64,000 bases of DNA from a virus, in the IMG/VR virus record IMGVR_UViG_3300024312_000003, positions 64,001-128,000 of that record; one strand, given 5' to 3'. The stretch's first letter is position 1, and each line of letters begins with the position of its first letter. This document shows positions 9,902 through 18,897 of this stretch, one piece after another. Under the pieces are notes generated by a model. That model worked only from the letters and a program-made list of their open reading frames with translations, searched no databases and was not told where the DNA came from. Both the position numbers and the translations under genes were made by a program.

Positions 9902-10186
9902 TTAAAGATTAACGATTTGCAGCAAACCGTTTTTGATGTTGATCTGCAACCATGTCCGAACATTGTCGGGACCATCAATGGACATCATGGCCTGGATGTC
10001 TTTATGGTAATAAGTTGGGTGTGTTTGATCGATTTCCGGATAAATGGTCTTCATGATCCATTGGCCGAAAGTCAGATCGAGGTTTTCGTTCTTACAAATA
10101 GCTTGTTCGAACAACTCAAGAAGCTTTTGAGAGAACTTGATTCGGGCGTCAAGCTTTTCCACCGTGTCTTCGTTACTGTTATTCAT
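9902..10186 (-). CDS. Hypothetical protein
   Basis: ORF 9902..10267; likely start MNNSNE at 10186 after AAGGAG. Confidence 0.6.
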   Translation of the reverse strand: MNNSNEDTVEKLDARIKFSQKLLELFEQAICKNENLDLTFGQWIMKTIYPEIDQTHPTYYHKDIQAMMSIDGPDNVRTWLQINIKNGLLQIVNL

Positions 10187-10199
10187 GATGGTTTTCTCC

Positions 10200-10757
10200 T
10201 TAGATCGGTTCGAACGTGGCTTTCGGAATGTGCGATACTCGATCGCCGAATTTGTAATACCCGGCAATGACCTTGAGCTTCAGCTCCTTAGCTACGAGTT
10301 CAACCATGTCATCGTAGTGCTTTTGCAAAGCAGGAAGCCAGTTCTTTGCATTGGTTCGCTCTTCGACGGAATCTGACGATTCCGATTGTTCTTTGAAGTC
10401 TCGCAAACCACGCAGGATCGTGCCGAAGAATTCCTGCAATGTCTCCATGTTGGCGATGGTGTTTTCATCATCCCAATCGATCTGGCGATCAACCTTAAGT
10501 TTGGTCAGATGCGCTCGATCACCGGAATAATGCATTTGAAACTCATCGCCATTTTGACGAATGAATTTGTGAACAAACACTTCGGTACCTGGTTCGGAGT
10601 CAACCTGAACCTTTCCGACAAAAGTCAACATCTCAAGATGGATCTTGATGATCTTGTCTTCAGGTTCCCAGGGGTAATACAGATTACCAAACCGAGGACT
10701 GCTGGTTTTGAACTTGAAAGAAATGAATGGGACTTGTTCGTTGATTTGATAACGCAT
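10200..10757 (-). CDS. Hypothetical protein, paralog of 5757..6320
   Basis: MRYQINE start, AAGGA RBS. Confidence 0.7.
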   Translation of the reverse strand: MRYQINEQVPFISFKFKTSSPRFGNLYYPWEPEDKIIKIHLEMLTFVGKVQVDSEPGTEVFVHKFIRQNGDEFQMHYSGDRAHLTKLKVDRQIDWDDENTIANMETLQEFFGTILRGLRDFKEQSESSDSVEERTNAKNWLPALQKHYDDMVELVAKELKLKVIAGYYKFGDRVSHIPKATFEPI

Positions 10758-10799
10758 GATGGTTCCTTTAAGATTTATGTTTAGTTTGAAAATAATTAT

Positions 10800-11324
10800 T
10801 TATTTCTTGGAGTATTGGTCAGAAATGGCACGTTCAAAAATGTCGTTCGAGTAACGATCGCGATCGACGTGCTGACCTTCTTTATCAAAGACCAACCAAA
10901 GACCGCCTTTCTCGATGTCTTCACGCTTACAGCGATAGTGAAGATCACCGTCGATCCAGATCTCGAATTCCTGATCGTCGATTTCTTTTCGAAATTCATG
11001 ACGCGACAGTGAATCCAAAGCCTGCTTTACCGGACCATCTTGGGTGATTTGTTTGATCAACCACTCTTCAATAGACACCCAGCCGGATTCTGTTTGTCGA
11101 ACAGTCTGTGACCAGGGATACTCGTAAGACAGCAGATAGACCAGCAGAATCTTGCCGTACGAAATATTGTTTTCTTTTCCAAGACCAGAGTATTGACGAG
11201 CCTTATCTCCGTGAGCGGTCAGCATCAAAGACAAAGGTTGCTTGATGTTGAGTTGTTGACAGAACTTGACAGAAACGTCTTCAACGTACTGATAGGGAAC
11301 GTTGAGAAAAGGAGTGTGTTTCAT
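10800..11324 (-). CDS. Hypothetical protein
   Basis: ORF 10800..11450; likely start MKHTPF at 11324, just after stop of 11326..11538. Confidence 0.6.
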   Translation of the reverse strand: MKHTPFLNVPYQYVEDVSVKFCQQLNIKQPLSLMLTAHGDKARQYSGLGKENNISYGKILLVYLLSYEYPWSQTVRQTESGWVSIEEWLIKQITQDGPVKQALDSLSRHEFRKEIDDQEFEIWIDGDLHYRCKREDIEKGGLWLVFDKEGQHVDRDRYSNDIFERAISDQYSKK

Positions 11325-11325
11325 C

Positions 11326-11538
11326 TTAAGCCTTGTAAGGAATGATGATTGCCAGTTGTTCAGAACGACAGCTCTTGAAGAATTTTTCAGCATTTTCAAT
11401 GCAGTCGAAGTATGCATTGACTGGATATGCCATTTCGTAATCGTAGCCACCGGGAATGTGGTAGTAACTCACCAGGTGAGACGTATTTTCTTCAGGGTTG
11501 ATTGTTCCACCCAAAGAAATAGCGGTTTGAATATTCAT
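11326..11538 (-). CDS. Small hypothetical protein, paralog of 7275..7493
   Basis: Shared ISLGG..AYF..AE.F pattern. Confidence 0.7.
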   Translation of the reverse strand: MNIQTAISLGGTINPEENTSHLVSYYHIPGGYDYEMAYPVNAYFDCIENAEKFFKSCRSEQLAIIIPYKA

Positions 11539-11542
11539 GATC

Positions 11543-12043
11543 TTACTTGTTAAAGTTTCGGATCATCAAATCCAATTCAATACTGGATTCAGTATTGAGA
11601 CCAATCAGTGTGGTTGACACAATCGGTCGCTCGATTGGTACGTCAAACAGCTTGTGACTGCTGGTCCGGATTTGAATGACACATTTGAATTCGCAGCGTT
11701 CACGGCGAAACACGCAGTCGTCATAAGAGCGATCGCGATAAACTGCCTGAGTTACCGGAAGAATCCAGATGCTGGTATAGGTGATGTCTTGACGACCAAG
11801 ATCATCGTTTTGCCGATTTCCGATGAACATCTCTTGATTTTTGATGACATCGTAAATCTCAGGACTGAGTTGGATTCCTTTGACTTCCAACTCAGTCAAC
11901 TGGACAAAACTGGCTTTCTTGATGATCTCGTGTTTGAGCCACTTGATGATCTGTTGGCGTTGTTCAACAGGAATTTCTTCAAAACACTGATGTGTTGTTT
12001 TATCAGTGATCTGACTGATAAGCTCTTTTTGGCTTTCGCTCAT
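11543..12043 (-). CDS. Hypothetical protein
   Basis: Co-directional packed ORF. Confidence 0.65.
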   Translation of the reverse strand: MSESQKELISQITDKTTHQCFEEIPVEQRQQIIKWLKHEIIKKASFVQLTELEVKGIQLSPEIYDVIKNQEMFIGNRQNDDLGRQDITYTSIWILPVTQAVYRDRSYDDCVFRRERCEFKCVIQIRTSSHKLFDVPIERPIVSTTLIGLNTESSIELDLMIRNFNK

Positions 12044-12486
12044 TGTGTTTCTCCCTGATTGTTGAAGATCTCACGAAACATCTTTTGCATGAATGCAAGT
12101 CCAATGACTGCCGCTACTTTAGAGATTGCTATGGATGTGTCGTGATAAAGTCTATGAGGTTTGCTATTATTAACGAGCAAATCGTATTCATTTTGCAGAA
12201 GATAATCACCGAGTTCATCGACGTGATCTTCGTTGATTTTGATACCGATGTTACCGTGACTGTACTGAATGTTCAGTCGGAGATCCACCGCCAGCATTTG
12301 CGCTTGAACTGGATCATATGTTGGATACCAGTAGAGACCTCGAATATGATCGATGTCGACCAGCAAATTATCCAGCTCTTTTAAAAAACTATTTTTGTAT
12401 TGAGCATTATCGAACATCTCTCGATTATGAGCAATCGCAGTCAGGGCGAGAATTTCAATATTCGAAAAGTTATTGAGTTCGTTCAT
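12040..12486 (-). CDS. Hypothetical protein
   Basis: Co-directional packed ORF. Confidence 0.65.
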   Translation of the reverse strand: MNELNNFSNIEILALTAIAHNREMFDNAQYKNSFLKELDNLLVDIDHIRGLYWYPTYDPVQAQMLAVDLRLNIQYSHGNIGIKINEDHVDELGDYLLQNEYDLLVNNSKPHRLYHDTSIAISKVAAVIGLAFMQKMFREIFNNQGETQ

Positions 12487-12490
12487 GATT

Positions 12491-12844
12491 TCAGTAGCTA
12501 AAAAGGTTGTCGATTTCTTCCTTGCTCAAAACTCGATATTTGCAAGGAGTGTTGATCTGGGCTTTTTGCTTATCAGCAGAAGTCCACGAGTTTTCTTTTT
12601 TATGCTCGCAAACCCCAGAAGCCTGAAAGTAAGAAGAATCTTTGAGTTCACCATCGTATTCAATCTCGATGATGACTGCTTCACCATGACGAATGTGTCT
12701 GGATGCACCTTTGTTCTTCTTGGACGAGATTCGTTCGTACCAAGTAAAAGCTTCCATGAACTTGTTGGTAACAGTTCCAGGAATATAGTTGTTCTTCAAG
12801 TCATTCTTGAGAACGCCTTTGTAGAATTTCATTTTGAAACTCAA
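12491..12844 (-). CDS. Hypothetical protein (weak ADP-ribosyltransferase-fold hints)
   Basis: FYKG...TVT..F.EAF.W pattern only; function unsupported. Confidence 0.55.
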   Translation of the reverse strand: MSFKMKFYKGVLKNDLKNNYIPGTVTNKFMEAFTWYERISSKKNKGASRHIRHGEAVIIEIEYDGELKDSSYFQASGVCEHKKENSWTSADKQKAQINTPCKYRVLSKEEIDNLFSY

Positions 12845-13037
12845 GAAGGTTATTAGCCTTCTTGAGTAATTAAAGTCTGTCTATTTTTAATTAGACACTG
12901 TTATTCAAACCGACTTGTGGGATCGGAAGAGAGCCAAGAATTGGTACAAAGATTAATGAATTGCCATGTGAATTCAGGAAAGTCTGGTTCACAAAACTCA
13001 CGAGTCAGATCGTAGATTCGATAAATGTCAACCACGA

Positions 13038-13409
13038 TTATTTACCCATGCTTTCTTCAATGATCACGTTCAGAATGATGGACACCTCCACTGGGTCATT
13101 GATGTACCCGACCACTTCGGAGTAACCCATTTTCTCAGAAACGATTTGGGTAAATCGTTCGGTGACATCTTGTTTGTAATGCAGATCGTTTTCGTCCGCG
13201 CGTTTGAAGACACGAACTTCAGTGCGCGTCAAGTCACCATCGCCGTGACTGGAATCCATGGCAATGGAGATCTGATAGTCACCGATGGTCATGACTGTGT
13301 TGGTCTGACGCATTTTACTGCGACGCAGCTCCTCATTGTTTTCGATCATGTTGTAATGAGCGCGAGGAGTATAAATTTGGCGGTTACCGATGATGCGATT
13401 GTAGTTCAT
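13038..13409 (-). CDS. Hypothetical protein
   Basis: Co-directional ORF; true start probably downstream. Confidence 0.6.
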   Translation of the reverse strand: MNYNRIIGNRQIYTPRAHYNMIENNEELRRSKMRQTNTVMTIGDYQISIAMDSSHGDGDLTRTEVRVFKRADENDLHYKQDVTERFTQIVSEKMGYSEVVGYINDPVEVSIILNVIIEESMGK

Positions 13410-13414
13410 GATTA

Positions 13415-13981
13415 TTACCTGTTTCTGATTCGATTAATGATTTCGTCACGACCAAAGCCAGTGACACGATTTTGTCGGTAGAAAAACTTTTTGAGAAATT
13501 GAAAAGGAGAAATCAGTTTTTGAATGGTGGAAGCTTGCTTGTGTTTGATGATCTGGACGTGAGTTTGCAAACTTGCAAAATGAATTTCTTGTACCAAGTC
13601 ATCAAAAGGAGTAGCCCAGTACCATTGGAATTCAGACTTAATAGCCTGCGCATCGATTATCTGATCGACTTCAGAATCAATCAGTTTTTGATTAATACCG
13701 TTGACCTGATTGTTTGTGTTTTTGTATTTTGTTTTCGAAGCCGGAATCAGAATTCGACTCATGTTGAGTTTTTCTTCAAATGAGACGATGATGGTGTAGA
13801 TTGGCAAATCGGTGATGGATTCAATCACTGAGATGCTGAGGCCGGCTTCGTCGAAAATCAAGTTTACATCGACGAGTCTGGAATCAGTGTTCCAAATGAC
13901 GGCGTCTTGCAAACGCATCAGGAGTTGTGTCAGTTTCTGAGTCTTGAAAAATGGATGGCAAGAATAGGAATTGTATTGCAT
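13415..13981 (-). CDS. Hypothetical protein
   Basis: Co-directional ORF. Confidence 0.6.
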   Translation of the reverse strand: MQYNSYSCHPFFKTQKLTQLLMRLQDAVIWNTDSRLVDVNLIFDEAGLSISVIESITDLPIYTIIVSFEEKLNMSRILIPASKTKYKNTNNQVNGINQKLIDSEVDQIIDAQAIKSEFQWYWATPFDDLVQEIHFASLQTHVQIIKHKQASTIQKLISPFQFLKKFFYRQNRVTGFGRDEIINRIRNR

Positions 13982-14036
13982 GATTTTAAATTGATTAGTT
14001 TGTTTATGTTGAAGCTAACTCGTAATCCCAACATAA

Positions 14037-14064
14037 ACAGAGAGTGGAATAGTCCACTCTCTGT
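14037..14064. terminator. Intergenic hairpin
   Basis: ACAGAGAGTGGA-ATAG-TCCACTCTCTGT. Confidence 0.7.
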
Positions 14065-14077
14065 AATCACGATTAGC

Positions 14078-14281
14078 TTATGGCTTGTGAATTAATTGAC
14101 GGGGCTTGCGAACGCCTGAATTATGAATTTCAGGAATATACACAACCACATCAACTCCGCCAGCTACAGTGTGTGACTTACGTGTTTCAATCACAACACC
14201 AGCTGGATAACTGGTTTGCAAAAGAATACGAGAGGCCAGAGTACTGGTTCGCCGACGGACGCCAACTCGAGTGTCACTCAT
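14078..14281 (-). CDS. Small basic hypothetical protein
   Basis: AAGGAG RBS, GC-richer codons. Confidence 0.65.
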   Translation of the reverse strand: MSDTRVGVRRRTSTLASRILLQTSYPAGVVIETRKSHTVAGGVDVVVYIPEIHNSGVRKPRQLIHKP

Positions 14282-14347
14282 ATTGGCTCCTTTCTTATTT
14301 GTTGCTTCATCAGATACATGACTCTGATAAAAAACTCATAGGTGGGG

Positions 14348-14872
14348 TTAAACTACTAGTTTTTCTCCTTTTGAAATGTGTTTCACAACTGATTGACTCG
14401 GATTATACATCCGAATACAGATCAGAGCGGAAAGTACTGTATTCTTGTCTTTATTCTTGATTCCTTTTCGAAGAATCCTCAGACTCCTAGCGATGTCCGT
14501 CGTGATGGAGATGATCAAGTTTTGATATGCTCGACCTTTTTCGCAAACACATTCTTCGTTAAAGATTTGTTGTTTTTCTTGTTCAAGAATTTTCCACATT
14601 CTTTTGTACGTGATACCGTCTTCTACGAACGTGGCTGCGACTTTAGAATACTCTGGAGGTATCATGTCGCTACTGCTGAAATCTGAAATGATTTCAAACA
14701 GTTTGTCTTCTACTTGTTGTAATTTCTGAAAAAACTCTTCATACATCGTCATAGAGACAAAAGGTTTCTTCAGTTCCAGATTGATGCTTTTCAAACCCTG
14801 ATGAAGTTTCACGATGTTCCGGCGCAATGCGTCGGTGGGTTTGAACATCGCTTCAAATTCTGCGTTTGGCAT
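14348..14872 (-). CDS. Hypothetical helical protein
   Basis: Co-directional ORF. Confidence 0.65.
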   Translation of the reverse strand: MPNAEFEAMFKPTDALRRNIVKLHQGLKSINLELKKPFVSMTMYEEFFQKLQQVEDKLFEIISDFSSSDMIPPEYSKVAATFVEDGITYKRMWKILEQEKQQIFNEECVCEKGRAYQNLIISITTDIARSLRILRKGIKNKDKNTVLSALICIRMYNPSQSVVKHISKGEKLVV

Positions 14873-14898
14873 TCTTATTTCTTTTCCCTGATGGCTCT

Positions 14899-15336
14899 TT
14901 ATGAGCCGGATGGAATTAGACCATTGATTGTTGATGTACTTCGGATTTTCTTACCGCCAGCATCACCACAGATTTCAAGAGTGAAAACATCTGTTTTATC
15001 CACGTTGCCTTTGTAAGTAATCCAAACTGATCGATCTTGTTTTTGCAGATTGGGATCACGAATGATCTCATATGCTACAACCATTGCTTGTAGAAATGGT
15101 CGTACATTCATTTCAAAAGAAGGATCAATACCAAGCCCTTCTTTAACCTTTGCCCTGGAATGGTCAATTCGTTTATTGACCATTTCAAACAAATGAAAGT
15201 TCTTGGTTGTGATCTTGGAACGACGAATGACTGGATAATCTTCATCATGTTCCTTGCGCCATTGATGAGCAAACTCTAGCAAAGCAGCATTGAGTCCTCC
15301 ATCAATGAACTTATTAAAAATACGCAACTTATTCAT
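14899..15336 (-). CDS. Hypothetical protein
   Basis: GAGG RBS; co-directional ORF. Confidence 0.65.
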   Translation of the reverse strand: MNKLRIFNKFIDGGLNAALLEFAHQWRKEHDEDYPVIRRSKITTKNFHLFEMVNKRIDHSRAKVKEGLGIDPSFEMNVRPFLQAMVVAYEIIRDPNLQKQDRSVWITYKGNVDKTDVFTLEICGDAGGKKIRSTSTINGLIPSGS

Positions 15337-15454
15337 ATTGTCCTCTCAGTACTGCCTTTTATAGCTCAAAGCTTAAAATAAACGCTCAGCTATAAAAGGA
15401 CTTAGAAAAAAGAAAAGCTAAATAAAGAAATACACTAAGCTAATGCTTAGTGTT

Positions 15455-15489
15455 CAATGTAGTTATATGTAACTGAAATTTTTTTCATT
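15455..15489 (-). promoter_or_regulatory. Putative phage promoter motif, copy 2
   Basis: AATGAAAAAAATTTCAGTTACATATAACTACATTG. Confidence 0.55.
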
Positions 15490-15497
15490 AGAACGGC

Positions 15498-15529
15498 ATA
15501 AGAGGTAGGGTAATTACCCTACCTCTTAT
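15498..15529. terminator. Intergenic hairpin (CATAA...TTAT family)
   Basis: ATAAGAGGTAGGGTAATTACCCTACCTCTTAT. Confidence 0.75.
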
Positions 15530-15537
15530 ATTGCTTT

Positions 15538-16008
15538 TTAGCGAGCCACTGGATCAAAACGGCTAACACCACTCACACGACTCGTTGAAACATGTTGGTA
15601 CGTGTGAGAATTGTTTTCGATTCGCTTTTCAATATCCGCCAAAGACGTACCCTTGGCAAGCTCATCGAGCATGAACTTCATCTTGACTTCAGCCTTGACC
15701 GTCTCTTCATAAATTAGAGCCAATTCGTTACGCATGACTTCACTGCGAGCGGCATCAGCACGCATGATTGCAGCGTGTCGCAAACTCGAGATACGAGCAT
15801 GTTCTTGCTTCAAAATCTGATCTGCCAGCTGTTGCTGAATCGTAGGTTGACGACGATTAAAAACCATCGCAAGCCAGGTGAACGGAAAGATTACCACTTC
15901 CATGATTTTTTCAACAGGACCAATCTTTCGCATTTGATCATTGTTGATCAATTCGTCCTGACGAAGGAAAGAGCGATGTGCAAAAACAGAAGTATTGGAA
16001 GTATTCAT
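15538..16008 (-). CDS. Hypothetical coiled-coil protein with a short hydrophobic segment
   Basis: VVIFPFTWLAMVF followed by helical heptads. Confidence 0.7.
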   Translation of the reverse strand: MNTSNTSVFAHRSFLRQDELINNDQMRKIGPVEKIMEVVIFPFTWLAMVFNRRQPTIQQQLADQILKQEHARISSLRHAAIMRADAARSEVMRNELALIYEETVKAEVKMKFMLDELAKGTSLADIEKRIENNSHTYQHVSTSRVSGVSRFDPVAR

Positions 16009-16047
16009 TTATTACTCGCTATTCTCTTTAAAGAGGTTGAGGATTGA

Positions 16048-16686
16048 TTATTCACACACAAGAGTATCACAATCTTCTTGAACGATCGCTTTACTCGTTT
16101 TCTTTTGAAACCAAGAAACAGGGATGCTTATTGTCATCTCTTCTTTTCCAGAAACAAAAACAGTTATTTTGATATTTCGAGTTTGAACCTCGATGTTGAA
16201 GTTTGTGTTCTTCTCACCTGCATGATGCGTGATGACTTCGAAAATAGCTTTTGCCAAGTTCTTAGTCTTAGGTTTAAGAAGCTCGCCGCTGTTTCGAAGA
16301 AGAGCATTCATTCGAAGCGGACAGATATTCGAGATTTTAGACCCAGGAGAAGAAAACGGAATCAATTCATGGTTTATTTCTTGTTCGTACGTTTGGTGAG
16401 TCAGTTGTTTATTCCTGTAGTACAACTGTTGTTGACCCAAAACCACACCGCTATTGTTCAAGAACAGAACGATGATTGATTCATCTTGTCCTTTACCATG
16501 AACGTAATTTGTTTGAAATGCTGCGACCAACTTATTTGTTTTCTGGTCTTCAAATTCTTTGCACTTTGAGAAAAGAAAACCAATGATCTCTGATGCTTTT
16601 TCTTCAGTACAAAAATCAATGATTGCGGATCTCAGATTAAAGAGTCCTTTGAATTGAGTCTTGTCCAGGGACTGCAAAGTAGACAT
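16048..16686 (-). CDS. Hypothetical protein
   Basis: AGGA RBS; 212-aa ORF. Confidence 0.7.
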   Translation of the reverse strand: MSTLQSLDKTQFKGLFNLRSAIIDFCTEEKASEIIGFLFSKCKEFEDQKTNKLVAAFQTNYVHGKGQDESIIVLFLNNSGVVLGQQQLYYRNKQLTHQTYEQEINHELIPFSSPGSKISNICPLRMNALLRNSGELLKPKTKNLAKAIFEVITHHAGEKNTNFNIEVQTRNIKITVFVSGKEEMTISIPVSWFQKKTSKAIVQEDCDTLVCE

Positions 16687-16862
16687 ACTTGATCCTATTG
16701 CTTAACGTTATTTTGTTTAACACTCACAGCAATACTGATGATTTTTACTCACCAGTGACTCATTGGAATAGTTGTCTGTGTAAAAAATAAATAAGCACAC
16801 AGACAAGTGACATAGATTACTCCATGTCACTGAAGTCATATGTGTTTATAAATCTTTTGATT

Positions 16863-17024
16863 TCAGTTTGTATACAGTTCGTCCATTTTTGAATAAACTG
16901 CCAATCCATGAATGCGTTTGTAATTCTGAAGCAGTTCACCGAGCTTAGGAAAGCCTTGCGGTTTACCTCCGCAATCATTTGCTAATTCAACAATCTTAAC
17001 TGCGAATTCATCGGGTGAATAAAC
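16863..17024 (-). pseudogene. Protein-like frame lacking an in-frame start (1-nt indel or readthrough)
   Basis: VYSPDEFAVKIVELANDCGGKPQGFPKLGELLQNYK... follows the TAA of 17025; an overlapping ATG GGT AAG is one base out of frame. Confidence 0.4.
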
Positions 17025-17219
17025 TTACCCATTAATAGAAGCTTCTGCCGATTGACAGTTAGATTTCTTATCTTTGAGAAGTTGTTTCAGTTCATCGATC
17101 GTCAAAACAAAATCACCTACTTTGAATCGCTTGTTTTTCAACTCTTGTGAATTGAAAAACTCATTATCAAACAATTCAATTATTGTCGACAGAAAAGCAA
17201 TGTTATCGCCATTGGTCAT
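17025..17219 (-). CDS. Hypothetical protein
   Basis: ORF 17025..17294; likely start MTNGDN at 17219 after AAGGAAG. Confidence 0.6.
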   Translation of the reverse strand: MTNGDNIAFLSTIIELFDNEFFNSQELKNKRFKVGDFVLTIDELKQLLKDKKSNCQSAEASING

Positions 17220-17419
17220 TTTAGCTTCCTTAATAAAAGCGGCATAAAAGAAGGAGTTAAGAGACGAGTAGTTGCCGCTACTCGTCTCCCCCACGTCGGC
17301 AATTTAACCTTCCCAGGTATTGATCCAGCATTCCTTCTGGACTTGATTACGACGATTACTGTTTGTAGAGACTTTTGGCCGTTCTCTACACATTAGTTAC
17401 TGATGTGGTAAATAAATAC

Positions 17420-17761
17420 TCACATGCGATAACTGAAACCAAGAATTGAGTTTTTAGTTTCAATAGTCAGCATGATTTGTTGCCCAACAAAATGAATGGA
17501 TATGATCCTCACACCTTCAACGTGTTTAACAGATTCATTGAGCTTATTCATCGCTTCCTTTTGATCTACGTTGTTGAGGATAGATCGAAAGTATTTCTGA
17601 ACACCACAATATTGTTCATAGACTTTACTCAGTAGTCCATAAACTTTCAAATATACGAATTCTGGAATTTCCAATTTCTGTACTTTTCCAGTCTTCATGA
17701 TTTCGACTTCAGAGGCAGCGTTATCGATGTCTCGGATTCGATTAGTCAATTCACAATGCAT
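17420..17761 (-). CDS. Hypothetical protein
   Basis: Co-directional ORF. Confidence 0.55.
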   Translation of the reverse strand: MHCELTNRIRDIDNAASEVEIMKTGKVQKLEIPEFVYLKVYGLLSKVYEQYCGVQKYFRSILNNVDQKEAMNKLNESVKHVEGVRIISIHFVGQQIMLTIETKNSILGFSYRM

Positions 17762-18251
17762 TATTTTTCTTATGGACGATGTTATCGGGGGTTATGTATT
17801 CATTATTCAAATATGCGATCTGACAAATATCTGAACGAAATAATTGAAGATACATACATACCTGATTAAGAATCTTCAATAATTCTTCGTAACCAGACAC
17901 TTCTTCTGTTAAACTATTGTTCTTGTCCTGAGCTTTCTTGTGCAACAGTTGAATTTTACCAGAAATATAGTTTACTTCTAAAACACGATTTATGCGTTTA
18001 ATAATGCATTGTAGGTGATGCTTATGCTCGATGTCATTATATCGAGAATGCAGAGCCATTGCGATTAAATATAGACTGTGTAGTCTATTATGGATGTCTA
18101 ATTCAACTGAAACACACCGACGTTTCAAATTATTCAAGTCATTAATTTTTTGAATTTTACCACATTCAAAAAGATAAGCTTTATACCGATTATCTTGCTT
18201 TTGTTTTTCAAGATCACCGGTTATCGTACCTGTTGTATTTTGAGTTTCCAT
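17751..18251 (-). CDS. Hypothetical coiled-coil protein
   Basis: Co-directional ORF. Confidence 0.6.
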   Translation of the reverse strand: METQNTTGTITGDLEKQKQDNRYKAYLFECGKIQKINDLNNLKRRCVSVELDIHNRLHSLYLIAMALHSRYNDIEHKHHLQCIIKRINRVLEVNYISGKIQLLHKKAQDKNNSLTEEVSGYEELLKILNQVCMYLQLFRSDICQIAYLNNEYITPDNIVHKKNNAL

Positions 18252-18253
18252 TT

Positions 18254-18520
18254 CTAATTCAATTTTCGATTATTGTAAGTTTGATTACACTCATCTTGAT
18301 GATAGTAATCCTCGGCATAGCTTACAGCGGACGCTCTACCAGTTAAGACTAGCCATGCGTGATATAGTCTTTCTTTAAGAGTAAGCCAGCCTCCGTATTC
18401 TACCGGCTTAGCAATAAACCAAACGTATCTACATTGAGATGGTTTGCTTTTGTCAGTCACACACAACTGAACTGAACAATTTGAATCTTTTAAAGAATCA
18501 ATTAGTTGAGGTTTTCGCAT
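18254..18520 (-). CDS. Hypothetical protein
   Basis: GGAG RBS; downstream of a promoter-like CACATATCAC at about 18538-18547. Confidence 0.65.
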   Translation of the reverse strand: MRKPQLIDSLKDSNCSVQLCVTDKSKPSQCRYVWFIAKPVEYGGWLTLKERLYHAWLVLTGRASAVSYAEDYYHQDECNQTYNNRKLN

Positions 18521-18558
18521 AGGTATCTCCAGTATTGTGATATGTGACTGATATATTT

Positions 18559-18888
18559 TTAATACCTATTAGTACCTTCTACTGCACGCTCTAGTCTGTC
18601 TTTAGTTCTTTTTGCAAAAGCTTCATTTGCTTTGTTCAGGTGAAAGATAGCTTCGTCATTCTCACAACAAGGAAGAATGTTGTTCAAAATCTTTGTTCGA
18701 TCAAGCAAAATCTCAAGAAGAATTTCATTAGTCAAACCATTCAATCCAGCATTATCGATTGGACCTGATTGAAAATTTAATTTGATCTCTGTCCTATTAG
18801 CAAGATTGACAGTGTAATTAGTTCCTTGCTTACCTTTGCTTTCATCAAGAATTACAGTATCACAAGTTTCGTAAACCAAACGAGGCAT
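18559..18888 (-). CDS. tad1: Tad1/Acb2-like anti-defence nucleotide sponge protein
   Basis: FQSGP...G...LLEILLDR....CCEN.EAIFHL..A......R.KDR.ER.VEGTN closely follows Tad1 (FQKG..G..LLEIVRDR..RENACALTH.EEA....RR.EDR.ER.V.GTN). Confidence 0.75.
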   Translation of the reverse strand: MPRLVYETCDTVILDESKGKQGTNYTVNLANRTEIKLNFQSGPIDNAGLNGLTNEILLEILLDRTKILNNILPCCENDEAIFHLNKANEAFAKRTKDRLERAVEGTNRY

Positions 18889-18897
18889 GATATTTCC

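Noticed and set aside
17290-17405. Structured RNA between 17420 gene and hairpin
   Set aside because: Better explained by a 29-codon ORF (MCRERPK...) followed by a family hairpin
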